In this document: positions 24,794 to 33,481 of the stretch, in pieces | Layout of the letters: the number at the start of each line of letters is the position of its first letter | How positions within the stretch are numbered: position 1 is the stretch's first letter | Source of the DNA: an uncultured Candidatus Saccharibacteria bacterium | GTDB lineage: Bacteria; Patescibacteriota; Saccharimonadia; Saccharimonadales; UBA4665 | Length of the DNA stretch: 46,723 nucleotides | Direction: 5' to 3' | NCBI GenBank assembly: GCA_964603965.1 | Contig: CAZRWV010000001.1 | Coordinates: 1-46,723 of the forward strand | The notes under the pieces: generated by a model | Seen by the model: only the letters and a program-made list of their open reading frames with translations | What the model was told of the DNA's origin: nothing | Databases searched by the model: none | Program-made: the position numbers and the translations under genes

Positions 24794-25443
24794 GATCCAA
24801 CCGCCACTGCCGCTTCAAATAGCTGTAGTTCTTCGGGCGTACCGAGCATCGCGGACGGAGCATCGTACACGCCGAGTTTCTTGCCACTCTCTATCATCCG
24901 GGCGATGGCGGACGACACGTAGAATTCGCCCTTAACACGTTCATCGTTTTCAATGACTTGTCGGCCGGCCTCAATAAAATCACCAGCCCGCTTGAAGTAA
25001 TAGACTCCAGTAACTGCCCAGTTGGAAATGACCTCTTTTTCGGCAATCCGAGTGATGAGAGAATGGTCGTCCAGTTCGACGTAACTATGGTGTTCCTTGT
25101 TCGATTTGAATACCACTAGCCCACCGTCGATGTTATACTGACGGACCCTATCGATCATTTTGTCCACATCGAAAGCAACGAGCTGGTCACAGTTACCGAT
25201 AAGCAGCGGTTCCTCAGGGTCGAGGTTTGCACGCAGTATAGTCTCTACGGCACCCCTGGATGGTTCCGTGAGCATAGGCCTGGTGATCACCTGGATTGTG
25301 TGCAGCTGGCTAGGCCGTAGGTTTTCGATTACTCGTGAGATCATAGACCTACCGTTTACGTTGATCAGGTGTTTCGGTTGGTCGTACCCGACATCTTTGA
25401 ACCTTTGGCCGTTGCCAGCGGCTGGGATGACTAATTGGATCAT
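24781..25443 (-). CDS. Sugar- (or alditol-) phosphate nucleotidylyltransferase
   Basis: LVIPAAGNGQRFKDVGYDQPKHLINVNGRSMI signature of NTP-transferase folds. C-terminal LGTPEEL. Confidence 0.8.
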   Translation of the reverse strand: MIQLVIPAAGNGQRFKDVGYDQPKHLINVNGRSMISRVIENLRPSQLHTIQVITRPMLTEPSRGAVETILRANLDPEEPLLIGNCDQLVAFDVDKMIDRVRQYNIDGGLVVFKSNKEHHSYVELDDHSLITRIAEKEVISNWAVTGVYYFKRAGDFIEAGRQVIENDERVKGEFYVSSAIARMIESGKKLGVYDAPSAMLGTPEELQLFEAAVAVGSWTH

Positions 25444-25577
25444 TCTGCTACCCTTTCGAACGTCTGAACCATATTTTTTGCCACCAGCTCGATCTCTTCT
25501 GCTGTCACCTCATTCACGTAGACAGTGTTGTGGTATGTCCGGCCATTGTGGGTGAATTTGTATGATATTGTTTCCAT
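25440..25577 (-). CDS. Small protein (45 aa), paralogue of the 32977-33177 product
   Basis: TAATG coupling to the GT-B gene and ATGA coupling to the NTase gene. ISYKFTHNGRTYHNTV...ELVAKNMVQTFERVA compares with IEWQFTYRGKRWGNAV...ELMAVNMLETFDALA. Confidence 0.45.
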   Translation of the reverse strand: METISYKFTHNGRTYHNTVYVNEVTAEEIELVAKNMVQTFERVAE

Positions 25578-26671
25578 TATTTTGACTCCTTTACCTTGAT
25601 AAACATGTCTCGGTACGCTTCCCAATGGTCTTCAAGCCGCCAGTTCTTAAGCTCCTTCTTTGCTCTGGCAACCTGGGCTTTGCGTCTCTGCTCGTCGAAA
25701 ACCAGCTCTTCCAGCACGGCGAACCATGCCTCCTGGGTATTCGGGGTGAGCGTGGCAACATCCTTGCTAAGCGGCTTGTAGGGGCCGACGTTACTTGCAA
25801 CGAACGCCATACCCATCCGGGTAGATTCCTGCCACTTGATGTTCGACTTATATTTGTTGAACTCGGTGTCGAGCAACGGCGCACAGGCGATGTCCATCCC
25901 TAGAGACGGCAGTGTTTCCGTGGGCCATTTGACACCTTGTGCCACATCCACCTCCTCCACGCGGGCACGGGGCAGATAGTGATCGAGCGGCTGGCCGCAT
26001 ATCTTGAAGTAGACGTTTTTGTACTTGTGCATCAGCTTTTCGGCTGCCGGGAGAAGTCCGGTCTGATGCAAGTCGTTGTAGTGGCTCGCGCCGCCAAAGA
26101 ATCCGATCACAACTTTGTCGCCGTTGTCTACGCTCTGCTCTGGGTACATGTCTGATATGTAGTTGGGTATCACAAACATGTTGGGGTCTACCCCTGAGCG
26201 TGCGCGAATCTTGTCCGCAAGGTCATCGTTGGTAGTGCAGATGTTCTTGGCTATGCCCGCCATAACCCCAAGGAATTCATGCCCCTGCCAGCCGGCCGAC
26301 CGCCAAAACCCGAAGTTCGACGGGTCAACGTCGAATAGGTCATCATCGAAATCAAGGATATGTTTGGTACCGAACCGCTTCTCCGCGCCCCAGAGTAGGG
26401 TGTACACATGTGGGCTAGTGAAATAACTCGAGAAAATAACGTCGTACTGACCTAATTCCCTGACAAGGTCTACGCCGTACTTTTTAATAAACCCATCCGG
26501 GTCAAGCTCCATTCCGTGAAAGCCCTGGATGATTGCCGGCCGGAAATCTATCTGCCAGTCAACATGCTTTTGCAGTTCCATCAACGGGCGCTTAATGCGC
26601 CATAGATGGATAGCGGAGTCTTGCTTTAGTTTCGAATCACCTACGTAACCACTAATTGCTAATATCTTCAT
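25577..26671 (-). CDS. GT-B fold glycosyltransferase (GT1/GT4-like; a TagF-like transferase is not excluded)
   Basis: Two Rossmann-like halves. C-terminal KWQESTRMGMAFVASNVGPY resembles the E..(E)A.A.G.PV.AS..G donor-binding motif. GAGG RBS. Confidence 0.6.
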   Translation of the reverse strand: MKILAISGYVGDSKLKQDSAIHLWRIKRPLMELQKHVDWQIDFRPAIIQGFHGMELDPDGFIKKYGVDLVRELGQYDVIFSSYFTSPHVYTLLWGAEKRFGTKHILDFDDDLFDVDPSNFGFWRSAGWQGHEFLGVMAGIAKNICTTNDDLADKIRARSGVDPNMFVIPNYISDMYPEQSVDNGDKVVIGFFGGASHYNDLHQTGLLPAAEKLMHKYKNVYFKICGQPLDHYLPRARVEEVDVAQGVKWPTETLPSLGMDIACAPLLDTEFNKYKSNIKWQESTRMGMAFVASNVGPYKPLSKDVATLTPNTQEAWFAVLEELVFDEQRRKAQVARAKKELKNWRLEDHWEAYRDMFIKVKESK

Positions 26672-26731
26672 AAACGCCTCAATTTTTAGTGGTTAGGGCA
26701 GATACATTAGCGTTCTGGCCTTTCAGCTACG

Positions 26732-26989
26732 CTATCGGCTGTACTGCCCTAACCGTTTTTGCCGCGAGTACCGATCTATCTCGTGCTCAATCTGTTCAAT
26801 TGCCCGTTTGTCATTGACCTGTGTGGCCCGGATTAGCCGGTGCCGCATCTCGACCAAACACTTGTCCTTGACTTGCCTCTGGATGCTGCAAAAGCTTCTG
26901 TAGGCGTACTGCTTGGTCTGTTTGTCTTTGTGCGGGTCGTTGAAGATCTTGTGCAACCGAATCAGATCGGTATCGCGACTGGTGTCCAT
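26732..26989 (-). CDS. Basic hypothetical protein
   Basis: Starts 1 nt after the upstream stop. 85 aa, Lys/Arg/Gln-rich. Confidence 0.4.
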   Translation of the reverse strand: MDTSRDTDLIRLHKIFNDPHKDKQTKQYAYRSFCSIQRQVKDKCLVEMRHRLIRATQVNDKRAIEQIEHEIDRYSRQKRLGQYSR

Positions 26990-26990
26990 C

Positions 26991-27437
26991 CTACTCTTCG
27001 TCCATCAATCGCGTTTCGGGCGGTTGATCGATGTCCAGGATGCGACGGATACGCTCGATCTGTGGCTCATTGTCGAAGCCAAAGACGATCATGGCGATCT
27101 GGTACAGGTTCTTGCCCTTGTTGTAAAGTGCCTTCACCTTATCTTCGTTCGATTCCTGAGGCGGAACAGCCTTTGCAGCCTTTTGAGCCGCCTCGGCCTG
27201 TTCGCGGGCATCAGCTTCTGCTTTGCGCGCAGCCTCAGCCTCAGCCTTGGCGGCAGCCTCAGCCCTGCGGGCTTCCTCAGCAGCAGTCTCAGCAGCAGCT
27301 AGACGTGCTTCGAGATCGGCGTTGTTTTTGGTGTCGTCAGTTGCCTTACCATCAGCAGGGGCGGTATCCGCCGGTGCCGGAGTCGAGGGTGCCGGAGCAC
27401 CCCCAGCTTCTGGTGAATTTTTTGTAGTGTTGGCCAT
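26991..27437 (-). CDS. Ala/Glu-rich coiled-coil protein (head-associated?)
   Basis: ATG at 27437 preceded by GGAGG; the track start at 27542 lies inside the capsid gene. AEEARRAEAAAKAEAEAARKAEADAREQAEAAQKA repeats. Confidence 0.5.
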   Translation of the reverse strand: MANTTKNSPEAGGAPAPSTPAPADTAPADGKATDDTKNNADLEARLAAAETAAEEARRAEAAAKAEAEAARKAEADAREQAEAAQKAAKAVPPQESNEDKVKALYNKGKNLYQIAMIVFGFDNEPQIERIRRILDIDQPPETRLMDEE

Positions 27438-27475
27438 AATGCCTCCGTTATGGCGGATACCCGCCTTAGTTACTG

Positions 27476-28396
27476 TTAAGCGCTCTTGATGTTCACAATC
27501 CAGTTGCTGTTCAGGGTCTTGGTAGCAAAGGCAGCCTTCCAACCAATGGTCATGAACATGTTCAACGGGTTGCTGGTGTCGCTCTTGTCGCTCTGCTTGA
27601 CGATCAAGCGCATAGCGTTGCCAGACAGGTCAACCGTACCAATGGCCTCTTGGCCGTGGATGAAGTTACTGAACACGTCGATAGAGCCCGAACCTGCACC
27701 AGCATCTTTGTACTGGTTGCTCGTAGCCTCGATGAAGCGCACACCGAACAGCTTACCGATCTCACCCCTAAAGATGTTGCCGGCAGTGTTGTACTTGTAC
27801 ACGTCAATCCAGGTGGTGCTGTCAGCCATCAGGCTGTAGCTGGTGTCGGGACCGATCTTGCCCAGGAAGTAGCCATCTTCGTACGGCATAGCGTTGGCTT
27901 TTTTCAAGGTCTTCACGCCCTTACGGATTTCGGTCGAACTCATCGTGTCAGACGAAGCCACGAGCGACAGGGCGGCTTTACCACCAGCGAACTGGGTAGT
28001 AGCACCAGCTGCCAGCTCGTTACGTACCAAGGTGTCCAGGGTTTCAGCAGCGTTCTGCGCCAGAACCTCAGTCTTTTCGGTCGCGGCCTTGTCGATTGAC
28101 GTACCGTAGAGCAGGCTAGAAACTTTAACAAAGTTACCGTATTCAGCGACGGTGGCGCTAACCGTAGAGCCAGTCATGTTGGCTTCGGTCGGGTTACTTG
28201 CCTCGGTCAGTGCAGTAGTTGCAACAGCCAGGGGCGTGTAGCGGTTCCAGGTCATAGCCTTACCGCTGTTTTGGGGGTGAACGCGCTTCTTAGCACCTTC
28301 TGCGTGGGGCAAGGCAGCCTTGGACCGCGACAGGAAGGTATCGACCAAGAAGGTCATCATTTCACCAGTCAGTGTGCCAGTTGTGTCAGAAGACAT
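27476..28396 (-). CDS. Major capsid protein (HK97 fold, podoviral type)
   Basis: 306 aa immediately after the scaffold-like gene. AAGGAAA RBS. Composition and length fit an MCP, and the pattern resembles N4-gp56/T7-type capsids as I recall them. Confidence 0.8.
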   Translation of the reverse strand: MSSDTTGTLTGEMMTFLVDTFLSRSKAALPHAEGAKKRVHPQNSGKAMTWNRYTPLAVATTALTEASNPTEANMTGSTVSATVAEYGNFVKVSSLLYGTSIDKAATEKTEVLAQNAAETLDTLVRNELAAGATTQFAGGKAALSLVASSDTMSSTEIRKGVKTLKKANAMPYEDGYFLGKIGPDTSYSLMADSTTWIDVYKYNTAGNIFRGEIGKLFGVRFIEATSNQYKDAGAGSGSIDVFSNFIHGQEAIGTVDLSGNAMRLIVKQSDKSDTSNPLNMFMTIGWKAAFATKTLNSNWIVNIKSA

Positions 28397-28415
28397 GGGG
28401 GTGTTTCCTTATGGG

Positions 28416-29297
28416 TTAAACATCATGTCCTTTCGCACGGAGGTAAGCGCGTTTTTCGTCAAGAGTCATCGAGTCGAATCCCTTAGAGGGTTGCGGCGCT
28501 CCACCTACGTTATCTGCAGAGGCCAGCATTTGCTCTGTGGCGCGCTGTCCCTGCAATCTTCCGTCGGTAGTGCTCTGCGCGTAGGTTTCATGAAAAGCTT
28601 GGTAGAGTTGATACGGACGTTGTGAAGAACCGATGACTTGACCAGTATTGGGATCAAACACCAGACTCGTGGCCATGATATTGTCGACCATAGCGGCGAT
28701 ATCCGCCCTGTAATTAGGATTTGTCGGATTACCCTGCGCGTCAGGCATTGGGTCAAACATGGGGAAATCCCTGAGTGCCCGTTCTGCCTCGTTGCCGAGT
28801 ACCAGCTGCGTCTCAGCTACACGGTCGTTGTATGCGCTCATCTGTTGAGAGTCGCCCATAACTTTGACCCGAGCCTCTAGCGGACTGTAGTAATCGCCAG
28901 TGTCAGGATTGATCTGGTCTAACAGCTGTTGTTCGGTTGCGGGCCGGTACGCTTTAGCATTCGCCTGTTCGACGTGCTGCTTGAGCGCATTACGCACCGA
29001 GACTAAATCTCTGATCTCGGTATTAGGGTCGATCCCGGCTTGTTTTTGCAAGTCCTGAATCTCGCCCTTGAGCTGTTCTTTTCGCTTCTCAGCGCCTCGC
29101 GGTTCGTTGGGAGTGTCGCCTGCAGGCTTGTCAGTCGTTTCCGACTGGGGCTGTGGTTTGACATCATCCGCCGAGTACTCGCCCGTATCATTGGCGGGAC
29201 TCGCGGTCGCTACAGGTTTGTTGTCCTCAGGTGCCGGTGCTGGGGCAGCAGGCTGTGCTGCTGGTTCTGGGTTTACGGCTGTGGCTTCTTCGGCCAT
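28416..29297 (-). CDS. Scaffolding-like protein
   Basis: Acidic Pro/Ala/Glu-rich N-terminus, helical remainder, position directly before the capsid gene. Start chosen at ATG 29297; the track start at 29336 is TTG. Confidence 0.45.
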   Translation of the reverse strand: MAEEATAVNPEPAAQPAAPAPAPEDNKPVATASPANDTGEYSADDVKPQPQSETTDKPAGDTPNEPRGAEKRKEQLKGEIQDLQKQAGIDPNTEIRDLVSVRNALKQHVEQANAKAYRPATEQQLLDQINPDTGDYYSPLEARVKVMGDSQQMSAYNDRVAETQLVLGNEAERALRDFPMFDPMPDAQGNPTNPNYRADIAAMVDNIMATSLVFDPNTGQVIGSSQRPYQLYQAFHETYAQSTTDGRLQGQRATEQMLASADNVGGAPQPSKGFDSMTLDEKRAYLRAKGHDV

Positions 29298-29350
29298 GGT
29301 GCTCGCTTTCCATCTATATCCCATAACCACGGCCAAGTGGTTAATTATTG

Positions 29351-29734
29351 CTATTCGTTTTCGAACTGGAATGATTCGGGTTGTGGCTGTTGCATCGCCT
29401 CTTCAAAGGTTGGATGCTCACGGAAGCTGTTTACTTCTGCGCGTCCCACTATGGAGTGAATAAGCGTGACTCGGTTGCGAGCGTGGTTGTATAGCTCACG
29501 CTGGATGAGTTGCTTATACGCCTTGAGTTGTCTATCGTTTTGGATAAACGCCTCTGCTTGGGTGAGCAGCACGCCAACTAGATGTTGGTTATCTGCGTTG
29601 CTCATCTCGCTTAACGAAACTGCTAACTTGAGCCTAGGCGAAGCTTCGCTCGGTGCATTGGCATGTATTACGTTGCCTTTGCCAACGATCTCTTCGTTTT
29701 CGGCTTCCAGTGACTTACCTGCGTCTTGTGACAT
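29351..29734 (-). CDS. Hypothetical head-module protein
   Basis: GAAAGG RBS. 127 aa, acidic. Confidence 0.45.
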   Translation of the reverse strand: MSQDAGKSLEAENEEIVGKGNVIHANAPSEASPRLKLAVSLSEMSNADNQHLVGVLLTQAEAFIQNDRQLKAYKQLIQRELYNHARNRVTLIHSIVGRAEVNSFREHPTFEEAMQQPQPESFQFENE

Positions 29735-29842
29735 AACTTGACCTTTCTAAACTAGACTTGGCCGCAGATAGGGATATAGATTGTTAAAGTTCTTTTACGC
29801 CGATTACAGAGGCGATTCTGGGAGTACGCGAGTAGCTAACTC

Positions 29843-29878
29843 CTGTCGGGCGGGAATTGAGACAACCCCGCCCGACAG
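29843..29878 (-). promoter_or_regulatory. GC-rich 12-bp hairpin in the 151-nt gap upstream of the scaffold/capsid genes
   Basis: CTGTCGGGCGGG (29843-29854) pairs perfectly with CCCGCCCGACAG (29867-29878). No T-run on either strand. Confidence 0.5.
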
Positions 29879-29885
29879 CAATCAA

Positions 29886-30194
29886 CTACATATGCCCATC
29901 AATCAGGCCCTTGATGGCTCTCCTTTCCGTTTCAAGCTGCTGACGCACAATGTCCATGACGACTAGGGCTGTTGCGCTATCGATGTTGTAGTTTTCGGCA
30001 ATTACAAATGCTTGCTTTACGCTGTCGGTCGCCGCAATCCGGTCGTCAAGATGCTTGATGACCTCCAGTAGTGCCGGTAGCGCGGTCAGAACCTCTATGG
30101 CCTCTTCGTGCTCTGCCTTTACCTGATCTTCTGGCACGGTCGCATAGAATGCACCATCATTCGGGTATAGATTGCCATCGGTTACGCTGCTCAT
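29886..30194 (-). CDS. Hypothetical head-module protein
   Basis: ATGA coupling with the portal stop. Confidence 0.45.
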   Translation of the reverse strand: MSSVTDGNLYPNDGAFYATVPEDQVKAEHEEAIEVLTALPALLEVIKHLDDRIAATDSVKQAFVIAENYNIDSATALVVMDIVRQQLETERRAIKGLIDGHM

Positions 30195-32233
30195 GCCGGC
30201 TGCCTCATCGAAGCCAGGTTGTTCATCACGTCCTGGTCGCTCATGCCCTGATCAAGCATGTTCATTGCCTGGTTGATAGCATCCTTACCAAACCCAAGAC
30301 GTTCTAGGTGGTAGGCGATCTGTTGATCTTCCTCGGTCGTGTCCTGAGCTGGTTGAGCTGGTGCCATTGGCTGGGCCGGGGCCATCGCCTGGACTTGGGT
30401 CTGCTGCAGCCTGACCTGTTCCTGTTGCAGTTTCACCTTGTCCTGCTCGAGCTTCACGCCCTCTTGCTGGGTTTTGATCTGTTCCGTCTCAACCTGTGAG
30501 TCGGTTCCCTGGGACTGGGCGGCCTTGGCCTGCTGCTGTTTGAACTCTTCTACGTCAACGGTCAGTTCTTCGGGGTCTTCAACGCCCGAAGCATCAACGA
30601 TCTTGTTCCAAGCTCCAACGATCTTTTCCTGTGGCACCACAGCGGCCAGGATGGGGTTGTCTTTCAGGGTGTCCATCAGTCCGGTAAGTGCAGCTAACTG
30701 CTCCTGGTCGGTCTTAATCTTCGATGTCGAAGCGTCTACGGTGAATCTCAGGGCCGGGGTGGCAGTATCGTAGTCGATCCGAATCTTGTTATCGGGCGAC
30801 ACCAAGGACATGTCGAACTTGCCCTTTTTGGCCAGCCTTCGAAGCTTATCGACGGATTTGCTGTCCAGCTGCACCTCTTCCACGCCAGAGCGTTCAGCGA
30901 ACCATAGGTTGATGGCCGTCTCGCTCCAGTTGCCGAACCACGTCTCGAACATCTTACGGATGTAGTTGTCGTCAACTGAGATGACAGCCTGTTGCTGGCG
31001 TAAGCCCTCAGGAGTCTTGGAAAAGCCCGGGTTGCCCACATCGGCGCTGACGCTCGTGTCGGGGCTGTTCACTAGGTTCAATAGCTGGGACTTCTGCAGG
31101 CCGTATAGTTCTGGGTAGTTTTGGACTGCTGAGGTGTCGATCTTAAGCGGGATAACATCAGCGGTGGGCGTTTCGCCAACATCGATAATCTTGTTGGGTT
31201 CGTAGACAATCTGCGATTTGGGGAAACTGCCCCTTTTGATGACAGGCGGCGCGAGCATCAAGGCCCGGTTCCACTGGTACATCTGCATGTCTGCGTCAAT
31301 CAGGTTCTGCAGGCCGCCGACTAGTTCAACAATTCCACGGCCCAATGGGTTGGTACCGTCGATATCGCCATACATCCAGTCGATAGGCATCTTGCCGCGT
31401 GGGTCTTTGTTCTTCTTGCGGCGCAAGACCTTCTCTGAGGCTGGATTGAAGGTGAAGAATGTAGCGCCAACACCGATCTGGAAACCGGTCACGATCTCGA
31501 TAGCAGTTGTGCTAGTGGCGCGGTCACGTTCGACTGGAGTGGAGGCTTTGTCGTCTTTTACGGTGACAGCATCCCTGGCCTCTTTGAGCGCTTTGGCATC
31601 CCAACCGGATTCGTAGTCTGGCTCGACTTCCTTACCAGCCTTACGCTGACGGTACTGCCGTGACTTGACCCGCTTAGTCATCTTCTCTATCTGACTTATG
31701 AGCGCGTCGATATCTTCTGGTTGCCACCAAGCACGCATAAAGACGTACTTGCAGGCGTAGCCGGACTTCTTACCCTTCTGCAGGAACATGTCACCCCAGT
31801 AGGTCAGGGTCATGTCGGTTGTGAAGTAACCGTCGTGGTTCAGGAACGGGGCGTAACTCGCACCGGAACCGAATGTCAGGCCACGCTCAATCTGGTTCCA
31901 GCATTTCTGAACCAAGTCGTAGTCTTCGTTGGCATGCTTGAGGATACAGTTTGTGTATATGGACTGAGCTACGATGGGTAGCCAATCATTGTCATCCTCG
32001 CTCGACACAACACCAGTAGGTAGCTGCTGGACAACACGCTTCGGGGTCTTGCGGACTATAGAGGCGGTGGTGCCGTCCGTGGTTTTAGGCAGCTTTTTAT
32101 CGATCCCCTCAGCGGGACGATTGCGAGCAATCCGCTCAAATTCTTTGAACGGTTGCGTTAGAAGCTCGGTATGCTTTTTAGCTTCCTCATACCGATCAAA
32201 TAGATTTTCTTCTGTTAAATACGAAAAAATCAC
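30191..32233 (-). CDS. Portal protein (GTG start)
   Basis: 680 aa lying between terL and the scaffold/capsid genes. Gln-rich C-terminal tail as in T7-like connectors. The only in-frame start is GTG at 32233. Confidence 0.7.
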   Translation of the reverse strand: MIFSYLTEENLFDRYEEAKKHTELLTQPFKEFERIARNRPAEGIDKKLPKTTDGTTASIVRKTPKRVVQQLPTGVVSSEDDNDWLPIVAQSIYTNCILKHANEDYDLVQKCWNQIERGLTFGSGASYAPFLNHDGYFTTDMTLTYWGDMFLQKGKKSGYACKYVFMRAWWQPEDIDALISQIEKMTKRVKSRQYRQRKAGKEVEPDYESGWDAKALKEARDAVTVKDDKASTPVERDRATSTTAIEIVTGFQIGVGATFFTFNPASEKVLRRKKNKDPRGKMPIDWMYGDIDGTNPLGRGIVELVGGLQNLIDADMQMYQWNRALMLAPPVIKRGSFPKSQIVYEPNKIIDVGETPTADVIPLKIDTSAVQNYPELYGLQKSQLLNLVNSPDTSVSADVGNPGFSKTPEGLRQQQAVISVDDNYIRKMFETWFGNWSETAINLWFAERSGVEEVQLDSKSVDKLRRLAKKGKFDMSLVSPDNKIRIDYDTATPALRFTVDASTSKIKTDQEQLAALTGLMDTLKDNPILAAVVPQEKIVGAWNKIVDASGVEDPEELTVDVEEFKQQQAKAAQSQGTDSQVETEQIKTQQEGVKLEQDKVKLQQEQVRLQQTQVQAMAPAQPMAPAQPAQDTTEEDQQIAYHLERLGFGKDAINQAMNMLDQGMSDQDVMNNLASMRQPA

Positions 32234-32279
32234 TGAGTAAGTACGTTAGGCGTAAGATCCTGTACTTTTTCAGTGATTT
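32227..32279 (-). promoter_or_regulatory. Long hairpin plus U-run overlapping the portal start codon (terminator/attenuator-like)
   Basis: 32227-32244 pairs with 32262-32279 (10 bp + 2x2 internal loop + 6 bp on the - strand). It is followed on the - strand by TTTTTT, which is the start of the portal ORF (GTG ATT TTT TCG). Confidence 0.45.
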
Positions 32280-32330
32280 ACTGCTGGTAATTATAGCAAA
32301 AACGGAATGTAAAGACTACAATGTTGTCCC

Positions 32331-32594
32331 TTAATGATGAAATTCCCATGCCTCACGAGGACGGCGGGCTATCTCTTTGGCCTGCAATGTCTCAAACAGT
32401 TCCTGGGGGTTCTTAAAATATGTGTGCTCTCGGCGGCCGTCCGAGTATGCGACTTCCAATGCATCGCGACCGGCGGTGTCAGTCACAATCCGTACAAACC
32501 GAGCCCCCTTTAGTGCTCGTGGAAACCGCTGCGGCAGGAAGGCCGTCAGTGCTGCGGTCCCTGTGTGGGCTGGCGACTCAGTAGATGAGATCAC
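32331..32594 (-). CDS. Hypothetical protein
   Basis: ATGA coupling with the upstream gene. Confidence 0.4.
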   Translation of the reverse strand: MISSTESPAHTGTAALTAFLPQRFPRALKGARFVRIVTDTAGRDALEVAYSDGRREHTYFKNPQELFETLQAKEIARRPREAWEFHH

Positions 32595-32980
32595 TCTATA
32601 CCTGCTACTTTCTTAGCTGCGTCCATTGCATCACAAGAACAGCCCTCACAGTGCTTTGCCATGCTACCCATTTCCTTGGCGAACCTGTTGTACCATTCCT
32701 GGCCGGTCATGACAGGCGCTTGATATAGCATCTTTGAGACTATATGCTTCATGAGCACCGCACTCTGGTCATCGGTCAACTCTACCACGGGGTTTGTGTA
32801 CAGCTTATATCCCGCATCCGCGAATACCCGTTCGATCTGGTCCGCTGCGTACTTGACTGGATCCGAGTAGCTTCCCAACGTCCTGCGACTAACGCCACCT
32901 CTACCCATAGCAGCAGACACCGCATCGCTCTCGACCGTCCCTAATATCCTTTGCAATTCTGACCGTAATGCGTCGGTCAT
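32591..32980 (-). CDS. Hypothetical protein
   Basis: ATGA coupling on both sides. C-terminal CEGCSC. Confidence 0.4.
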   Translation of the reverse strand: MTDALRSELQRILGTVESDAVSAAMGRGGVSRRTLGSYSDPVKYAADQIERVFADAGYKLYTNPVVELTDDQSAVLMKHIVSKMLYQAPVMTGQEWYNRFAKEMGSMAKHCEGCSCDAMDAAKKVAGIE

Positions 32981-33177
32981 GACTCTACACCTACGGCCTT
33001 CTTGGCAGTTTTCTTTGCAGCTAATGCATCAAATGTCTCAAGCATGTTGACAGCCATAAGTTCCAGGAGTTTCCGATTAACGGTAGTCGATGCGCCTAAC
33101 CGTACTGCGTTACCCCATCTCTTGCCACGATACGTAAACTGCCACTCAATTTGGTCGGGCGCTTGTGCGTTGCTCAT
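32977..33177 (-). CDS. Small protein, paralogue of the 25440-25577 product
   Basis: ATGA coupling. Shared (Y/W)xFTxxGxxxxNxV ... ELxAxNMxxTF pattern. Confidence 0.45.
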   Translation of the reverse strand: MSNAQAPDQIEWQFTYRGKRWGNAVRLGASTTVNRKLLELMAVNMLETFDALAAKKTAKKAVGVES

Positions 33178-33473
33178 GCCTGATACTCCAATAACGTGTA
33201 GCTGGCGACTACGTAATAAAAGCCGTTCTTTTCCCCCAACGAACTGCGTTCAATCGAAAATCTGGGGTCAAGCTTCTTGGGGTCACGCTGGATGTCGTCA
33301 GAAAACTTCTTGTACTCTTCGAATTCCTGGGTCTGGTTGCTCACTTTGACCCGATTGTCGTAGGTTACGCGCACCGGCAGATTGGGCTGATTCTTGATGT
33401 AGTTGACCTCTTTGGATACGGTGCTACCGTTGTTATCTACTATGCTGACTCGTGTTTCTTTTCCGTAGAACAT
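33174..33473 (-). CDS. Hypothetical protein
   Basis: GGAGG RBS. Confidence 0.45.
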   Translation of the reverse strand: MFYGKETRVSIVDNNGSTVSKEVNYIKNQPNLPVRVTYDNRVKVSNQTQEFEEYKKFSDDIQRDPKKLDPRFSIERSSLGEKNGFYYVVASYTLLEYQA

Positions 33474-33481
33474 GGTGCCTC

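Noticed and set aside
27170-27310. Nucleotide-level GCCTCAGC-type tandem repeats
   Set aside because: Explained by the Ala/Glu-rich coiled-coil coding sequence (26991-27437). This is not a CRISPR or regulatory repeat.
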